A stretch of DNA of 64,000 nucleotides from Lepidodermella squamata. Taxonomy: Eukaryota; Animalia; Gastrotricha. The DNA is taken from assembly GCA_047495785.1 (NCBI GenBank), contig JBLDXI010000036.1, positions 1,178,001 to 1,242,000 of the forward strand, written 5' to 3'. Positions within the stretch are counted from its first letter, which is position 1; the number at the start of each line of letters is the position of its first letter. The notes beneath the pieces were generated by a model. It saw only the letters and a program-made list of their open reading frames with translations. It had not been told where the DNA came from and made no database searches. A program made the translations under genes and the position numbers. This document shows, in pieces, positions 14,001 through 26,750 of this stretch.

Positions 14001-14323
14001 CCGCTTGGTTGAAAACGGCCACGCAAAGTTGGCGTCACTATGCAACTTTTCCACCTCGATTCCCTTTTTGTGCCCACTGCCACCCCCGGCTGAAATACTG
14101 ATGCGTTCAGACTCTCCATGCCTTACCAGTACAGGTACAGCAAGACAGTGAGCGGGCAGTGGGTGAAGTATTCAGAAAATAGAAGAAAGGCATTAATAGT
14201 CCGACCTTTTTGTTTGAAGTTCAAAGTCCACGTTTATCTGAAACAGATTTCGTCACCTCGTCGTTTCGTCGTCATTGCCCCCTGAAAAAATAAAAAATTG
14301 AGTGGAGCTAAAAAAATTAATCC

Positions 14324-14390
14324 GATGGATGTGGTTTCGAACCGTGGAACCTTTAATTTAGCGCAGCACTACTAACCACTACCCCACCAT
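14324..14390 (-). other. tRNA-derived Pol III promoter-like sequence (SINE head or pseudo-tRNA)
   Basis: Minus strand reads A-box-like TGGGGTAGTGG and B-box GGTTCGAAACC at tRNA-like spacing; no convincing cloverleaf. Confidence 0.45.
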
Positions 14391-14626
14391 GTTCAATTGA
14401 TATTAAGGGCAATGAAGAAATAAGAAATACACATCACATCAATCGGCAGTGGGCGTTGGTTGAAGAACTTATACAATTTCACAGCAAACATTCATTTTTC
14501 ATCAGACTTGGTGGTGCAGTGGTTAAGGCTGTACTGTTTAGCCGTTCGAGCAAGTTCATTGGTTCCAATAATTGTTATAGTCATTAGCCATCTTTCCCAA
14601 TTAATGACGACGGCGAGAGGACGAAA

Positions 14627-15094
14627 CAGAGACTTTGATTTGATTTGATTTGATTGTGATTTGATTTGATTAGGCCATTTTTTGATGATTTGATTTACAA
14701 AATTTCAGGATGATTTGATTTGATTTCAATTTAGCCCACTTGATTTACTGCTGATTGAGAGAAATTATCAGAAATATCGGAATTCCACCTGTTAAGCATG
14801 AGAACTCGCATTTGCCTCGGAAACACCTGTTTTCCAAAGGCTGGAGCTATTCATCCTCTTTTAGACTCATTCTGTCAAAACCAGGCTTGAAATGTGAAAG
14901 AATCCTCAGATATATACCATGATACTCATGTTTCCCTATGCGAAAGATTTGATTTGATTTGATTTAAACTTTAAACTGGCCTGATGATTTGATTTGATTG
15001 ATTTACAATCGATTTTTGGGGGATTTGATTTGAAATGATTGATTTACAAAGACCTGTGATTTACCGAAGAAATCAAATCAAATCAAAGTCACTG
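14627..15094. mobile_element. hAT-type MITE with (GATTT)n subterminal arrays
   Basis: TIRs CAGAGACTTTGATTTGATTTGATTT / AAATCAAATCAAATCAAAGTCACTG; 8-bp TSD GGACGAAA / GGACGACA (one mismatch). Confidence 0.85.
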
Positions 15095-15189
15095 GGACGA
15101 CAGGGGGACCTGGTGGTCTGACAAATAAGAAGTTGAAAATATCCAAGGTCGAGGATCCTACTTTATCCACTGGCATTACATTAGAAAAG

Positions 15190-15535
15190 TTCACAGCCTA
15201 TTGAAATAATACCAATAGAGGTTTGAAATAATACCACCTCTTTGATCGCAAGGAGAAGCCGCGGAGGAAGCATTAGCATCGTCAGAAATCGATAATTAAA
15301 CGTCTGCGAGTACCGAGGTTGTAGTCTGGTTTGAGTTGAAATTCCTGGCGAGGACAGTCCGGCCTGAACCCCCATCGATTTTCAAACCATGTGTTGCCCC
15401 GTCAGGAGCGGATTCAATGACTGTTTTAGAAGCTGAGGCCGTGACGAAAAAGGCGAAAAAGGAAAGAAACTGCCGGTGCTGAACTTGATATTTTCGGCTG
15501 CCAGACTGATGGGATCTGTTGAGCTGTAATGATAG
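15190..15535 (-). pseudogene. Frameshifted fragment of an E-type second LamG domain exon
   Basis: STDPISLAAENIKFSTGSF / FFVTASASKTVIESAPDGATHGLKIDGGSGRTVLAR / FNYRFLT are spread over three frames and align to gene E ORF 47122-47859. Confidence 0.85.
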
Positions 15536-15988
15536 CAACAAATCAAGATGCTATTGAAATTCTCTTTAAAAACTTCCGGCAATCAGTCAACTTGATCAAT
15601 TGATCGGAATTCATCTGAATCGAATCATACGTTTCGGGCGACCAAGCGTGCCGGTATATTGCGAGTCGCGAGTCGCCGATCGCCGAGCGCCAATAGTTCC
15701 GTGGTGTTGCTCGCGTACGTGAATCCAGGGGTTCCGTTGTTTGGATCTGAGATACACTCGAAAATGAAAGAAATTGCGAGAGACAATGCGAAAATTTAAA
15801 ATGCTGTCGAATTCATCAGTAGCCTGGGTTTGAGGCTTTATTACGATTCAATGTGATATTTTATTGATTTAAAGTTGGCAGCTTTTCAATATATTAACTT
15901 CAAGTTAAGTTAAATGATTGAGATATCAATTAGAATAATTCATTAGGAGTCATTAGGATAAGGGCCGTTGATTATCGTTGTTCTTGTT

Positions 15989-18900
15989 TCAGCGCATGCC
16001 TGGAATAACGAACACGGCGCAGTTGATCTCGACAATGCGCAGCTGGTTCAAAGTGAGAACTTGGTTGAATATGTTCAGGCAGGTCAAACCTTCAAGATAC
16101 TGATCTTGCGGATTTGCCCAGGACCTGCAGGGAAGAGGATCAATTAGTTGCTCAATCAACTGCGTGTAATGATCAGAAACTTACCGCCCAATGATGAATT
16201 GGCCACTTTTCGTGATGGGCCGCTGGCCAGTCCCTATCAAGCCACCCTGGCCGTCGGCATGAAAGCTCAGCTTATCCCCGTCCGCATCGAGCGTGATTGC
16301 TAGAAACATCCAGTAATACTCCGGTGTAGTCGCGATGGACGTGAAATTCTGGCCGTATGGCCGAAAGCTGAAAGAGGTGGATGATTCTCCAACAACCTTG
16401 AGTCCCAGCGTCCCGCCGTCAGGGGCATATTCAAGTATCGGCCTGTTCTGCGTGAACGGACGCGTGGCGAAAAGTGCGATGGTGAAACTGCCACTGTCGA
16501 GCTTGACTTTATCGGCAGTCACCACAATAGGATCCGCCGATCTGTAAAAGAAGGTCGAGTTGTCTAATTCGAAAGGGCCCATAGAGATTGGCAGATGAGT
16601 GTTAGGAGGCGTGGCATCGGCCTTAGGATCGACAACATCTTTGAAATCGGACACCAGCGGCCAAATAGCTGTGTTCGAGGGCAGAAGGGTTGTCAAAGCT
16701 TCGGGCTGCCAAGTTTTACCGGCGTGAATTTGCAGACACTTCTTCCTCACAATCCACAATTGTTGGAACGATAGAGCTTGGTCGAAAATCGACACGCACG
16801 TTATTTGACCCGGAAGACTCAGGTTGCCGGCGAAATTTCTCCCAAATTTGATTTGATTGCTCGTAATGACTGAAACTTCATAGTAGTCATAATTCCAGTC
16901 GCAATGTACATACAATTGATTAGATGTACTATCGTAAGTGACGGCGATGAACACCCATCCTCCATTTAGCGACTTGCATGTGGCGTATTTCACCTTGGCC
17001 GCGTTGTCTGTAAACAAATTGTAGAAAATGAATACCTGTATGGTGTTCCCAAGTTAAAACAAATGGCCTTCAAAAAGTGAAAAGTGACGTTTGGCAAAAT
17101 TCGTGATTCGCAATTTTTACTCTAATAACTAATCATTGTAATGCTGAAAAAATCAGCTTCAAAGTTAAGTTTCAAAGTTAAGGCCATGGCGAAAATTTTG
17201 AAAACCTAAGAGTGGACGGATGCGCGTATGGGAGGGAATCCGGAAATTAAAAAACATCTAAGGGCTCTCTAACATTTAGGTAAACCCATGAAAAAGGAAG
17301 CTTTTTGGAACCCCACTTTTTTGAGATAGTTTTTAGCGGTCGGATTTTATCTAAAATATGATATCCCATCAAATTTACTTGCGTATGTCATCAAGTCGCT
17401 GATCGCAGGGTTGTAGTAGATTCGCAAGTGCGCCGCACTGTCGAAGAACTCGATGACTGGGTATGGCTTATCGGTAACTTCCACAAAGCCAGCATAAACA
17501 GATATTGAGAATGAACTATTCGGAACGATCTTGCTTTCTTCCACTTCAAAATAGCCGGCTGAATTTCCAACAGAAAGCGCTGCATTCGAGTAGTCGAACG
17601 GGCCGGTTACAAACGAGGGCGATGAGCCATCAAGGAAAGATGCTTCAACGTTATTGCCACTAACATCGTTGATGCCGTATTCCTGCGTCAGAGGGAAGAA
17701 AGCCAGGGCGATGGGTAACCCGAAAGGAGTAACTATTAGAAGACGTTTATTCGCACCAAAATGATAATTACTGATAGATTAAACTCACACTGGTTGCACT
17801 CTGTCAAGGTGGCGAACATGGTACCATTTGCTTGCGTCTGATTTGTTGTACAGTTTCGACATAATATGATTCTATAACTCGCAATTGGTGCTCACCAAAT
17901 CTTGAGGACAGTTTTCAGCCACAGAAACGCACATGGCCGCCATCAGAAGTTGATTCGTGCAGAGCTTGTACTGAAACTAAGAAAGGTATGGATTACGGAA
18001 TTTTCCTGGGAAGGGAACTGGAAATCTCTAAATCAATATCACTATAGAATCTAGAATCTTGAATTTCATTGCATGGTATTATTTCATCTCAAGGCTTTCT
18101 CAAGCCGCCCTAAACCCATCCTAAACACACACCCAGATTCGAGCTTTTTTGGCTATTTTCAAGCTTTTCAGACCACAACTTCGCAACTAACCATCCCGAA
18201 TAAACTCTTCCTACGAAATTGCAAATCTCAACTTGTCCCGTGCAGAGGTTTAGCAGGGGTACAAACTTGACTGATAGATTTGCTTGCCTGAAATATCCTG
18301 AATTATAAATTCAGATGCTTTTATCTTGTTTGAATTTTCTAATTATCTGATGTGAAATTAATAGATCTCACTTCATGATAACAAATACCTGAATGTCCGT
18401 CGTCTCCATCTTGCAGGCGTCATGATTGTTTTTGAAGGACGTTGAGTTGCCGTAGACTTTAACCTGGCAAACAGGAATTGCGTTACGTAGCTGCAGGCTG
18501 TAAACTATCATTAGCGTCATTGAAGAAGTGAGATTTAGGCCCATTTACAAGGAATTAATTTTAGATACCGCCAACGCTCAATCCAAACTACATTAGCTAT
18601 CTAGAGAGCGTCGCTGTCTCGCTTGTTAAGAACACCTTGACAAAATTTGCCCTCAGTAGACCTAGAGCTCACCTATCGATTTTAAAGAAGGGCAATGAAA
18701 ATCGATCGTGGGCAGGTCCTAATTATACAATACGATCAATTAAGCGTCAAACCCATACAACCTATCCCATAGTCAAATTTAGATCTAGCCTGGGTCTAAT
18801 TTGTAAGACTGCGTCAGAGCTTTGTAAGCCAGTTGCTTAAACACAGACGGTGAGATTGGACCATTTTGACTTCAAACCCATGAACCATGAATCCAATCAA

Positions 18901-20204
18901 CAACGCTAACGATATGACAAACTTACCCGGGTACCACTTGGAACAGTTCCATAGCATTGCTTGCCTTTGCTTGTGTCACATTGGACTGCTCTCTATTGAA
19001 GCATATACAAAAATAGCGAACATGGCATTCGAAAAGTTACCCCAGTTAAGCAATTTGCTTTGTTGCTGAACGTCGCAGGCGAAAATTCTCGCGTTTCAGA
19101 CCCAGCTTGGCAGCCGGTTGTCTCCAGGCGGCAATCGATGAAGCTCCCAGTGGACGCATTGAAGCACCTTACATGCGGCTTCTCGCTGTCTGGAACTTGC
19201 ACTGCAACAGGGCGTTAAAAGCTGGTTCATTAAATAATTATGAATTAACGAAAACCTACACGAGGTCCCTGAGATGCAGAGACTTAAACTAGCAAACGGG
19301 CTGCCACCTTCAAGCTACGGAAAAACACAGAAATTACGATCAGCTCGATGAGCATCGATTGTTTCTAACCCAGTTCTCAGGACACGTGTAGTTTAATGGA
19401 ACACAAGTTTTCACTACGCCATTGTCCGAGCATCGCTTGAAAGATTGATTCTGAACGTTAAATCAGTGAATTATTGCAACTATTCCAGATTATAGCGCCG
19501 GCTCATTAATTTACCTCAAATTTCGATTTCGCGGTATTGCAAGCGGCCAAGCTGTCCTTCAGCGCAGTATTTTTGAACCAATCAAGCTAAAAAATAAAAA
19601 ATACAATTAAAGTCAAATAGTAGCTAGATCCCCAATTTTACCTCGATTTCCCTGTCAGCAGCTGGTTCGCCGGTTAATTTGCAGTTTCCAAGGCCAGGAT
19701 TACAACGTGGTGTTAGGGCGCCGTATTTGTAGCACATTTTGGCATTCTGTTTTTGAGATGGATACAAGAAATTACCAGTAACAAGACGGAAATTGCTCAC
19801 CCCTGAACGGCATGATTTCAAATCTGGAAACAAGGGACCCCACTGGATTTTAGACAAATTATTTTACAATAAAATAAAAAAATGGAAAAATTATTTTTTT
19901 CAGGATTAAGATTTAAGAAATTAAATCATGTCAAAAGCTAACGTGAACAGCATCTTCATAGTTCTGAGTGATTTGAGAAAAAAATGTTCAAAATCCTTAA
20001 ATAGATTATCCTTCATGAAAATTAGATTATTTAAAATTATTATAAATAGAATACCTGATATTCGGTGATGGGATCACAGGTAGGGTTGTCATCGCGACAC
20101 GAAGCAAACGCGTTGTTGGTTGCCAAGAAGCATCGCTTGAACACCTGGCCCGAGGCCTGGCTGATACAATAGATCGAAATAACTGTTGAAATGAATGCTC
20201 TCAT
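15989..20204 (-). CDS. Gene A: secreted Cys-rich-repeat + two LamG/ConA-like domain protein, 14 exons, 747 aa
   Basis: Hand-spliced exons 20204-20055, 19842-19801, 19746-19642, 19586-19515, 19450-19370, 19314-19260, 19201-19041, 18992-18927, 18463-18389, 17970-17896, 17837-17789, 17732-17379, 17007-16185, 16124-15989 (2244 nt, all GT-AG, open frame). Signal peptide MRAFISTVISIYCISQASG. LamG motifs SFSIS, WVFIAVTYD, GQITCVSIFDQALS. Ends INCAVFVIPGMR*. Confidence 0.88.
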
Positions 20205-20666
20205 TGATTTATTATTTGAAAAAATAAATGACGTTAAAGAGTAAATAAATCTCAAATGAAAAATTGTTTTGTCTGGCTCGTGGCACGTGCGACCATTCAT
20301 TGTGCGAGAACATCACGTTATCCCCATTGAAAAGACAAAGACGCCAGAAAAACAACATCGAAACGGTTGAACCTGACCTGTTCAGCTGTGGACAAATGTG
20401 TTAAGTTCCGATTTGCACAGAGTCTATTCTTCATCACCATGCACCATGCTATGTGCCGAGCGCAAATCCCAAATACCTGAACGAATCACAAAGCAGCCGA
20501 ATAGTATCTAACCAACGACTAAGTTACGTAATCATCATCGGTAAATCGTGATTGAAAAGGACGGAAAAGGCTTCTGGGCGCATGAATTATCGGGATATTC
20601 CGCAGGTGAGATCTTTGGAAGGAAATACGAGTGAAAATTAGTTACTATATATACCTATAGTATATA

Positions 20667-21845
20667 TATGTCCCTTGTCTCCGCTACTCTTCATCGCAAC
20701 GTTCGATAAAATCTGCCGAAAATTGATGGACACCCCAGGTGGTTTCCCTATTAATACTGAACAATTTTTGAACCTGATTGCTTTCGCGGATGATGGAACT
20801 TTAATCGGTATGAGTCATGAAGAAATTAAATTATTATTGGATGTTTTCAATAAGGCATGTACGGAGCTAGGCTTGAAAATCAGCATTAGTAAAACACAAT
20901 ACATGGTGATCGGTGAGGATAGAAACTACCAACTTGAATTAGACGGCAAATTTTTGGAAAAAGTGACGTCTTTCAAATATTTAGGAAGCATCATCACTTC
21001 TGACGGGAAAATGGACGAGGAGATCAAGGCACGCATAGCGAAAGCTGGCGGCTGCTTTGGTGCCCTCAATAAACTTTTGTGTAATAGAAAACACGTGAGC
21101 TTAGCTACGAAATTGAAAGTCCTTAGATGCGTTGTTATTCCTACCGTCACTTATGCCTGCGAAACCTGGAACCTGACCACCCAACAAGAGCAAAGGTTAA
21201 ATGTCACCTTTATGCGATGGCTTAGAACAATTATGGGTCTGTTTAGGACAGATTATATTCCTAATGTTGATATTAGACTGATCTGCGACGTAATGGAATT
21301 GAGTAAATTGATTGAAAAATTTCGTCTGAAATATTTTGGCCATATAATTCGACAGGACGAATATGACCCTGAAAGTCTCACGAGTATTATGTATTATTGG
21401 AAAGCAGTCGACCCGAGTTGGTACTTGCCTCGCGGCAGGCCGCCAACCCGATGGTCTGACTGCCTCCGAAGAAGCCTTCTAAAAATCGGAATTTTTTATA
21501 TACATGAAAAACGTATCAGGGATCCAAATGAACCTAAAAAACGAGGGCGACCCCGTAAATCAACCTTATTGATGCGACGCATCGAAATTCACAAAATTGC
21601 GGATTTAGAATTGGCGGAAGTAACAGCTAGAGACCGGGGAGAATGGCAGCTACTATGTAACAGTATAGAAAATTATGAATTCATGGGAAAAAGCAGATTG
21701 TTCGCGACTGTTCCTGAAGCTGATCTCTCGTCGTCAGCCGTCCCCTAAACCCTCACGGGTAAGGCTTGTATATATATTACCATCACTTTTAGCCGAAGGT
21801 GGACGTAAAATAAAACATTTTCATTTGTTCATTTGTTCATTTGTT
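20667..21845 (+). mobile_element. 5'-truncated RTE-clade non-LTR retrotransposon (RT ORF 20675-21748)
   Basis: RT motifs LSPLLF, FADD, FKYLGS, YACETW, LKYFGHIIR, RGRPPTRWSD, ARDRGEW; 3' tail (CATTTGTT)3; 13-bp TSD CCTATAGTATATA (20654-20666, 21846-21858). Confidence 0.92.
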
Positions 21846-22778
21846 CCTATAGTATATAATGTTTTCACGCTGGGTACGAAGTACAGGGGTACTGGGACAC
21901 CCCATCTCTGGGATTCTCAGCAGAGGAAGGGTCAAAAAACCACACTTTGTCTTTGGGTTTTCCGGAAACCTTGAAATATTACGTTTTGCCTCTTGTCCGA
22001 TGCAATGGTTGTAGCTATCCTCATGAAAACCGCGCCTGCATCGCCTGGACGGCATATAAAATATAAAAGGGCTGATTCAATATATCGAAGGCGGTACTGA
22101 AGAGATAACAGCTCTTGGAGGTCATCAGTTGTTAATTTTTCTTTTGGGAATTTGAGCCACCTGAGTCCTGATTCTCAATGCTGATATGTGACTGAATTTT
22201 TCTGAATTCATCTCTAAATTTTCTCATTTATCTACTCGATCAGTAGCTCCAGTATTATTCGAACGGCGGTTTTTTCTTTTCAATTTCAGTTTTTTTTATT
22301 TACTAGTTAACTTCGTAGTGAGGCGCTCAGAAGTCTCGAAGATTTTCGAACAAAAATTGAACAATTTTATTTAATATTCTTTAGTTATAAATCAGCTCTG
22401 TGAAACGAAATGTCGCTGGCAGTTACACTTTGTCACTTCTGGGCGAAGCAATTTTTCCTACGTAACCAAAGCAAGCAGATTAGCCAAAATGAAAACGGGC
22501 AGAAGCTCCCGCCCACTTATTTTTTTATTTTTCACATAATAATTCAAGGTTACAAGAATATTGAGGAATAAACCAACATTTCAATAGCACATGCTCGCTG
22601 GGATAAATTGAGGCGATGTACAATGGGCACGGGGTATCCTAGCCCCAGCTCATAGTTTTATTTCCTTAAATCTTAAAATTATCGGAATTTGCCAATAAAT
22701 AACATTCGGATTATTATTTAAGATTGAGGATAGCAGTTAGCATAATTAAATAGCAGTCAGTAGCAGCTACGGTTCGTT

Positions 22779-25700
22779 TTAGCGTATGTTGGCAAATCGG
22801 AAAAAGGCGCAATTGATCTCGACAATTCGAAGCTGGCCGAAAGTGAGAACTTGGTTGAATATGCTCAAGCAAGTCAATTTTTGAGCATACTGGTCTTGTG
22901 GATCTGCCCAAGATCTGTCAAATGGATCAGCAAGTTTATAGTTGAAAATATATATTACTGTTTAATGATCAGAAATTTACCGCCCTAGGATGAATTGACC
23001 ACTATTTGTAATAGGCCGCTTTCCACTGCCTATCAAGCCACCCTTGCTGTCGAAATAAGCACTCAGCTTATCGCCATCTGCGTCGTGCGTGATTGCTAGA
23101 GACTTCCATTCATTCAAGGGTGGAGAGTCGAAGGAGGTCAGTGTATCGCCGTAGGGCCGAATGCTGAAAGACGTGAGGTTGCCTGCTATTATTTTAAGCC
23201 CCAGAGTCGTTCCGTCAGGGGCGAATTCAAGTATCGGCTTGTTTTGGTCATTAGCGGCAGTCGTGACGAACAGTGCGATAGTGAAACTACCACTGTCGAG
23301 CTTGACTTTGTTCGCAGTTACAACGATAGGATCAGCAGTTTTGTATATGAAGACCTGTTCACCAAAAGGCCCGGCATTTTGATCCAGTTTCGTGCTTGGA
23401 GGCGTCGCATCGGCTCTAGGATCGACAACATCTTTGAAATCGGAGAACAGCGGCCAAATAGCTGTGTTCGATGGCAAAAGGGCGATCAATGCTTCGGGGA
23501 GCCAAGTTTTGCCTGCGTGAATTTGCAGACACTTCTTCCTCAACATCCAAAATTGCTGCAGCTGTAGAACTTGATCAAAAATCGATAGACAAGTTATTTG
23601 CCCTGGAAGACTCGAGTCACCCGCGAAATTCCTGCCAATTTTCACTTTACTGCTCACCATGACCGAAGTTCTAACAGACTTGTATTCAACCACGTCGCAA
23701 AGTAGTTGGAATCGTCTCGATGGTCTATTGAAAGTGGCCGCGATAAAGACCCAAGGCTGAGCTGCCCCTAGTATCGATCTACATTGATACACTTCCATTG
23801 AAGCCGAGCTGCCTGTGAAAATATAATATTTGATTTAGGAAATGGGGACGGCCTATAATTCAACAGGCACTCTATTAGCGATCCTATAAAACTATTTACG
23901 ATAGGCAATGAAAATTGAACAATATACCTGTTTTAATAGACAATTCGTTCTTTCCAGGGTTGTAATAAATTTGAAAGAGCGCTTCGTTTTCAAAGAATTC
24001 AAGAACAGAAAATGTGGCATCGGAAAAATCCGCAAATCCAGCGTACAGAGAAATTGCGAATGAATTGTTGAGTAAAAGTCTGCTACTTGCCACTTCCAAA
24101 TAGCCAATCGAACTTCCGACGGAAAGTGCTGCGTTAGGGTAGTCGAACGGCCCAGGTACAAATGAGAGGGAGGAGTTACCAACGAAAACTGATTCAATGT
24201 TATTGCCACTAATATCGCGAATGCCGTATTCCTGCGTGAGAGGGTAGAAAGCCAAGTTGCGTGGTAGACCAAAGGAATCCTCTACAGGCAGAAGCTTTTT
24301 TGCTGAAAAAGCCGACGAATGATTGAAAAGTAAAACACACGCTGATTGCAATTTTCCAATGTGGCGTACGTGGTGCTATCGTCTTGCGTCTAAGTAGTCA
24401 AATGTTGTCACACAGTGAAGTATAAATGGGTCCAACTCACGGAATTTTGCGGACAGCTGTCCGCCACGGATACACACGCGGCCGACATCAGGAGATGATT
24501 TTTGCAGAGCTTGTACTGAAAAGTACGCATAATTTATTTGAAATTGGATTGCTTCAAATATTTGTAATAACTGAAACCAGTTCTGGTTATTTGTGAACAG
24601 CAAATTGTAAACAAATTGATAATGAGGCAACCGCAAACCATGTTTTCGCGCGAGAAACAACCAAGTTGCGTCCATTTTATCTGCGGCTCAAAAGTAAGAA
24701 TTCTAAGATTTGGCCAAAAGCTAAAAGAACCTGCTCAACCTTAGGAGGCGTTTTAAGGCAAGAGATAGTTGGGATTTCACAATCACAATCCGACTCGATA
24801 TCGCTGATTTCTTTAAAGGAAAATTTTACCAAATTTTATCTAATTAAATACCTTACCATTTATTAATCTTTTAACTTTTTAGATTTATATTAGGGCACAG
24901 AGAAAAAAATGAACGCTCAAGCTAAAATTTAAAATTTTGATCTGCATTATTAAATCGAGGCTGTGGAACTGCGAGGGAATTCTGGCGGGCTTGGCTAATG
25001 CAAACAGCATCTTGGTAAGTGTGATTTCGAAAGAAACCGTATTTTCAAGACGGGTCGAGTGGTAAGTGAAATTTCTCACGAAATCCTAGGTGCCACTGCT
25101 CAAAATTGGGAAAATTCTTAAGGAGCGGGTCCGTGATCCCCCAAAACAGCCATAGCTGGGTATTATAGGTGGATTTCGATGGGTAACTTATTTCATATTG
25201 TATAATATTTTCACCGAGTAAGCTTGGCTTAATCGTTAAGTTGAGAGTGACATTTTGAAAATTTGATATTATCCATTAAGAGGTTCTTAAACAATTACCC
25301 GCAATTCCATCCGACAGGCGTCATGATTTTCTTTGAAAGACGTTGAGCTGGCATAGACTTTAACCTGTGAATAAAACATAGCGTTACGTATATAAAGTCG
25401 AAAGAGTATTCGATATGTGACTGACTAACCCGCGTACCACTCGGAACAATTCCATAGCACTGCTTGCCTTTGTTTGTGTCACATTGGACTACTCTCTATT
25501 AAAGCATATAAAAAAAGCGACGATGATATGGCATTTACAATGTTACCCCGGTTAAGCAATTTGCTTTGTTGGCGAACGTTGAAGACGAAAATTCTCGAGT
25601 TTCAGAGCCAGCCTTGCAGCCCGTTGTCTCGAGACGGCAATCGACGAAGCTCCCTGTAGACGAGCTGAAGCACCTGACATGAGGCTTCTCGCTCTCAGCA

Positions 25701-26660
25701 ACTTGTACTAGTAAATGCATGAGGAAAATGAATTCAAACAATTTGAAGTTCAGGAAACCTACATGAGGTTCCTGTCATGCAGAGACTTAGACTAGCGTAA
25801 GAGCTGCCACCTTCAAACTGAGAAAAAAGAAGAAAAATTATGATGAGCTCGATGAACATCAAATGTTTAAAACCCAGTTCTCAGGACAGGCGAAGCTGGT
25901 TGGGACACATGTTTTCACCTCACTGTTGTCCGTACATCGTTTGAAAGATTGATCCTGAAGTGTAAATGATTAAACATATTTTTTAGCGCTGATGAATTTA
26001 CCGCAAATTTCGATTTCGCGTTATTGCAAGCGGCCAAGCTGTCCTTCAGCGCGGTATTTCTGAACCAATCCAGCTAATTAATTGAATAAAATCAACACAA
26101 AATAGTAGCCAGGATATTCACCTCGATTTCTCTGTCAGCAGCCGGTTCGCCAGTTAATTTACAGTTGCCAAGGCCAGGATTGCAGCGGGGTGTCAGGGCG
26201 CCGTATTTGTAGCACATTTTAGCATTCTGTTTTGGATAAAGATTATTAGCAGTTGCGAGACATGAATTTCAATTTTCTTACCCCTGATCGGCAGGATTGC
26301 AAATCTGGGAACGATGGACCCCACTGTATACAAAATGAATCAATTAAAAGTCAATAGAAAAATGAGAAAATTATATAAGGAATGAAGTCAGGGTGAAGAT
26401 TTACGCTAAGAATTGTCGTTGTACAATTTGATTCCAGAAAATTTAAAATCGTAATTTCACTTGTCCTGAAAATCTCTGTGGATTTATTTGAATAGTTGAT
26501 AAATACTTACCTGATATTCGGTGATAGGATCACATGTAGGGCTGTCATCGCGACACGAAGCAAATGCGTTGTTGGTCACCTGAAAGCATCGCTTGAACAC
26601 CTGGCCCGAGGCCTGGCTGATACAAAAGATCGAAATAACTGTTGAAATAGCTGATCTCAT
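22779..26660 (-). CDS. Gene B: A-type paralogue, 14 exons, apparently intact
   Basis: Exon-for-exon match to gene A; ATG at 26660 (MRSAISTVISIFCISQASG); LamG exons within ORFs 23896-24351 and 22977-23798; last exon ends INCAFFRFANIR*. Confidence 0.85.
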
Positions 26661-26702
26661 TGTTTTACTTGAAATAATAATAGCTCAATGGCAAATAGAA
26701 CT

Positions 26703-26750
26703 GAAAATTCCCTGATCTCGTCCGTTTTTGCCTGGCTTGTGGCTCGTGCT
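26703..26750 (-). promoter_or_regulatory. Conserved proximal upstream motifs of A-type genes (GCACGAGCCACGAGCCAG-like box; kappaB-like GGGAATTTTC)
   Basis: The box recurs ~70-95 bp upstream of the ATG in A (~20272-20290), B, C (~33693-33712), D (~45202-45222) and F (~56197-56217). GGGAATTTTC occurs in B 26703-26712, C 33673-33682 and D 45182-45191. Confidence 0.45.

Noticed and set aside
14324-14390. Functional tRNA gene
   Set aside because: Acceptor and anticodon stems do not pair convincingly.
16335-16547. Recurrent plus-strand ORFs (also 23161, 30522, 47273, 63079) similar to one another
   Set aside because: Antisense shadows of the conserved minus-strand LamG exons; inconsistent starts and stops.
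19747-19800. In-frame, stop-free intron 2 of gene A suggesting a retained coding intron
   Set aside because: The equivalent intron is out of frame in D and F; probably chance for a 54-nt intron.
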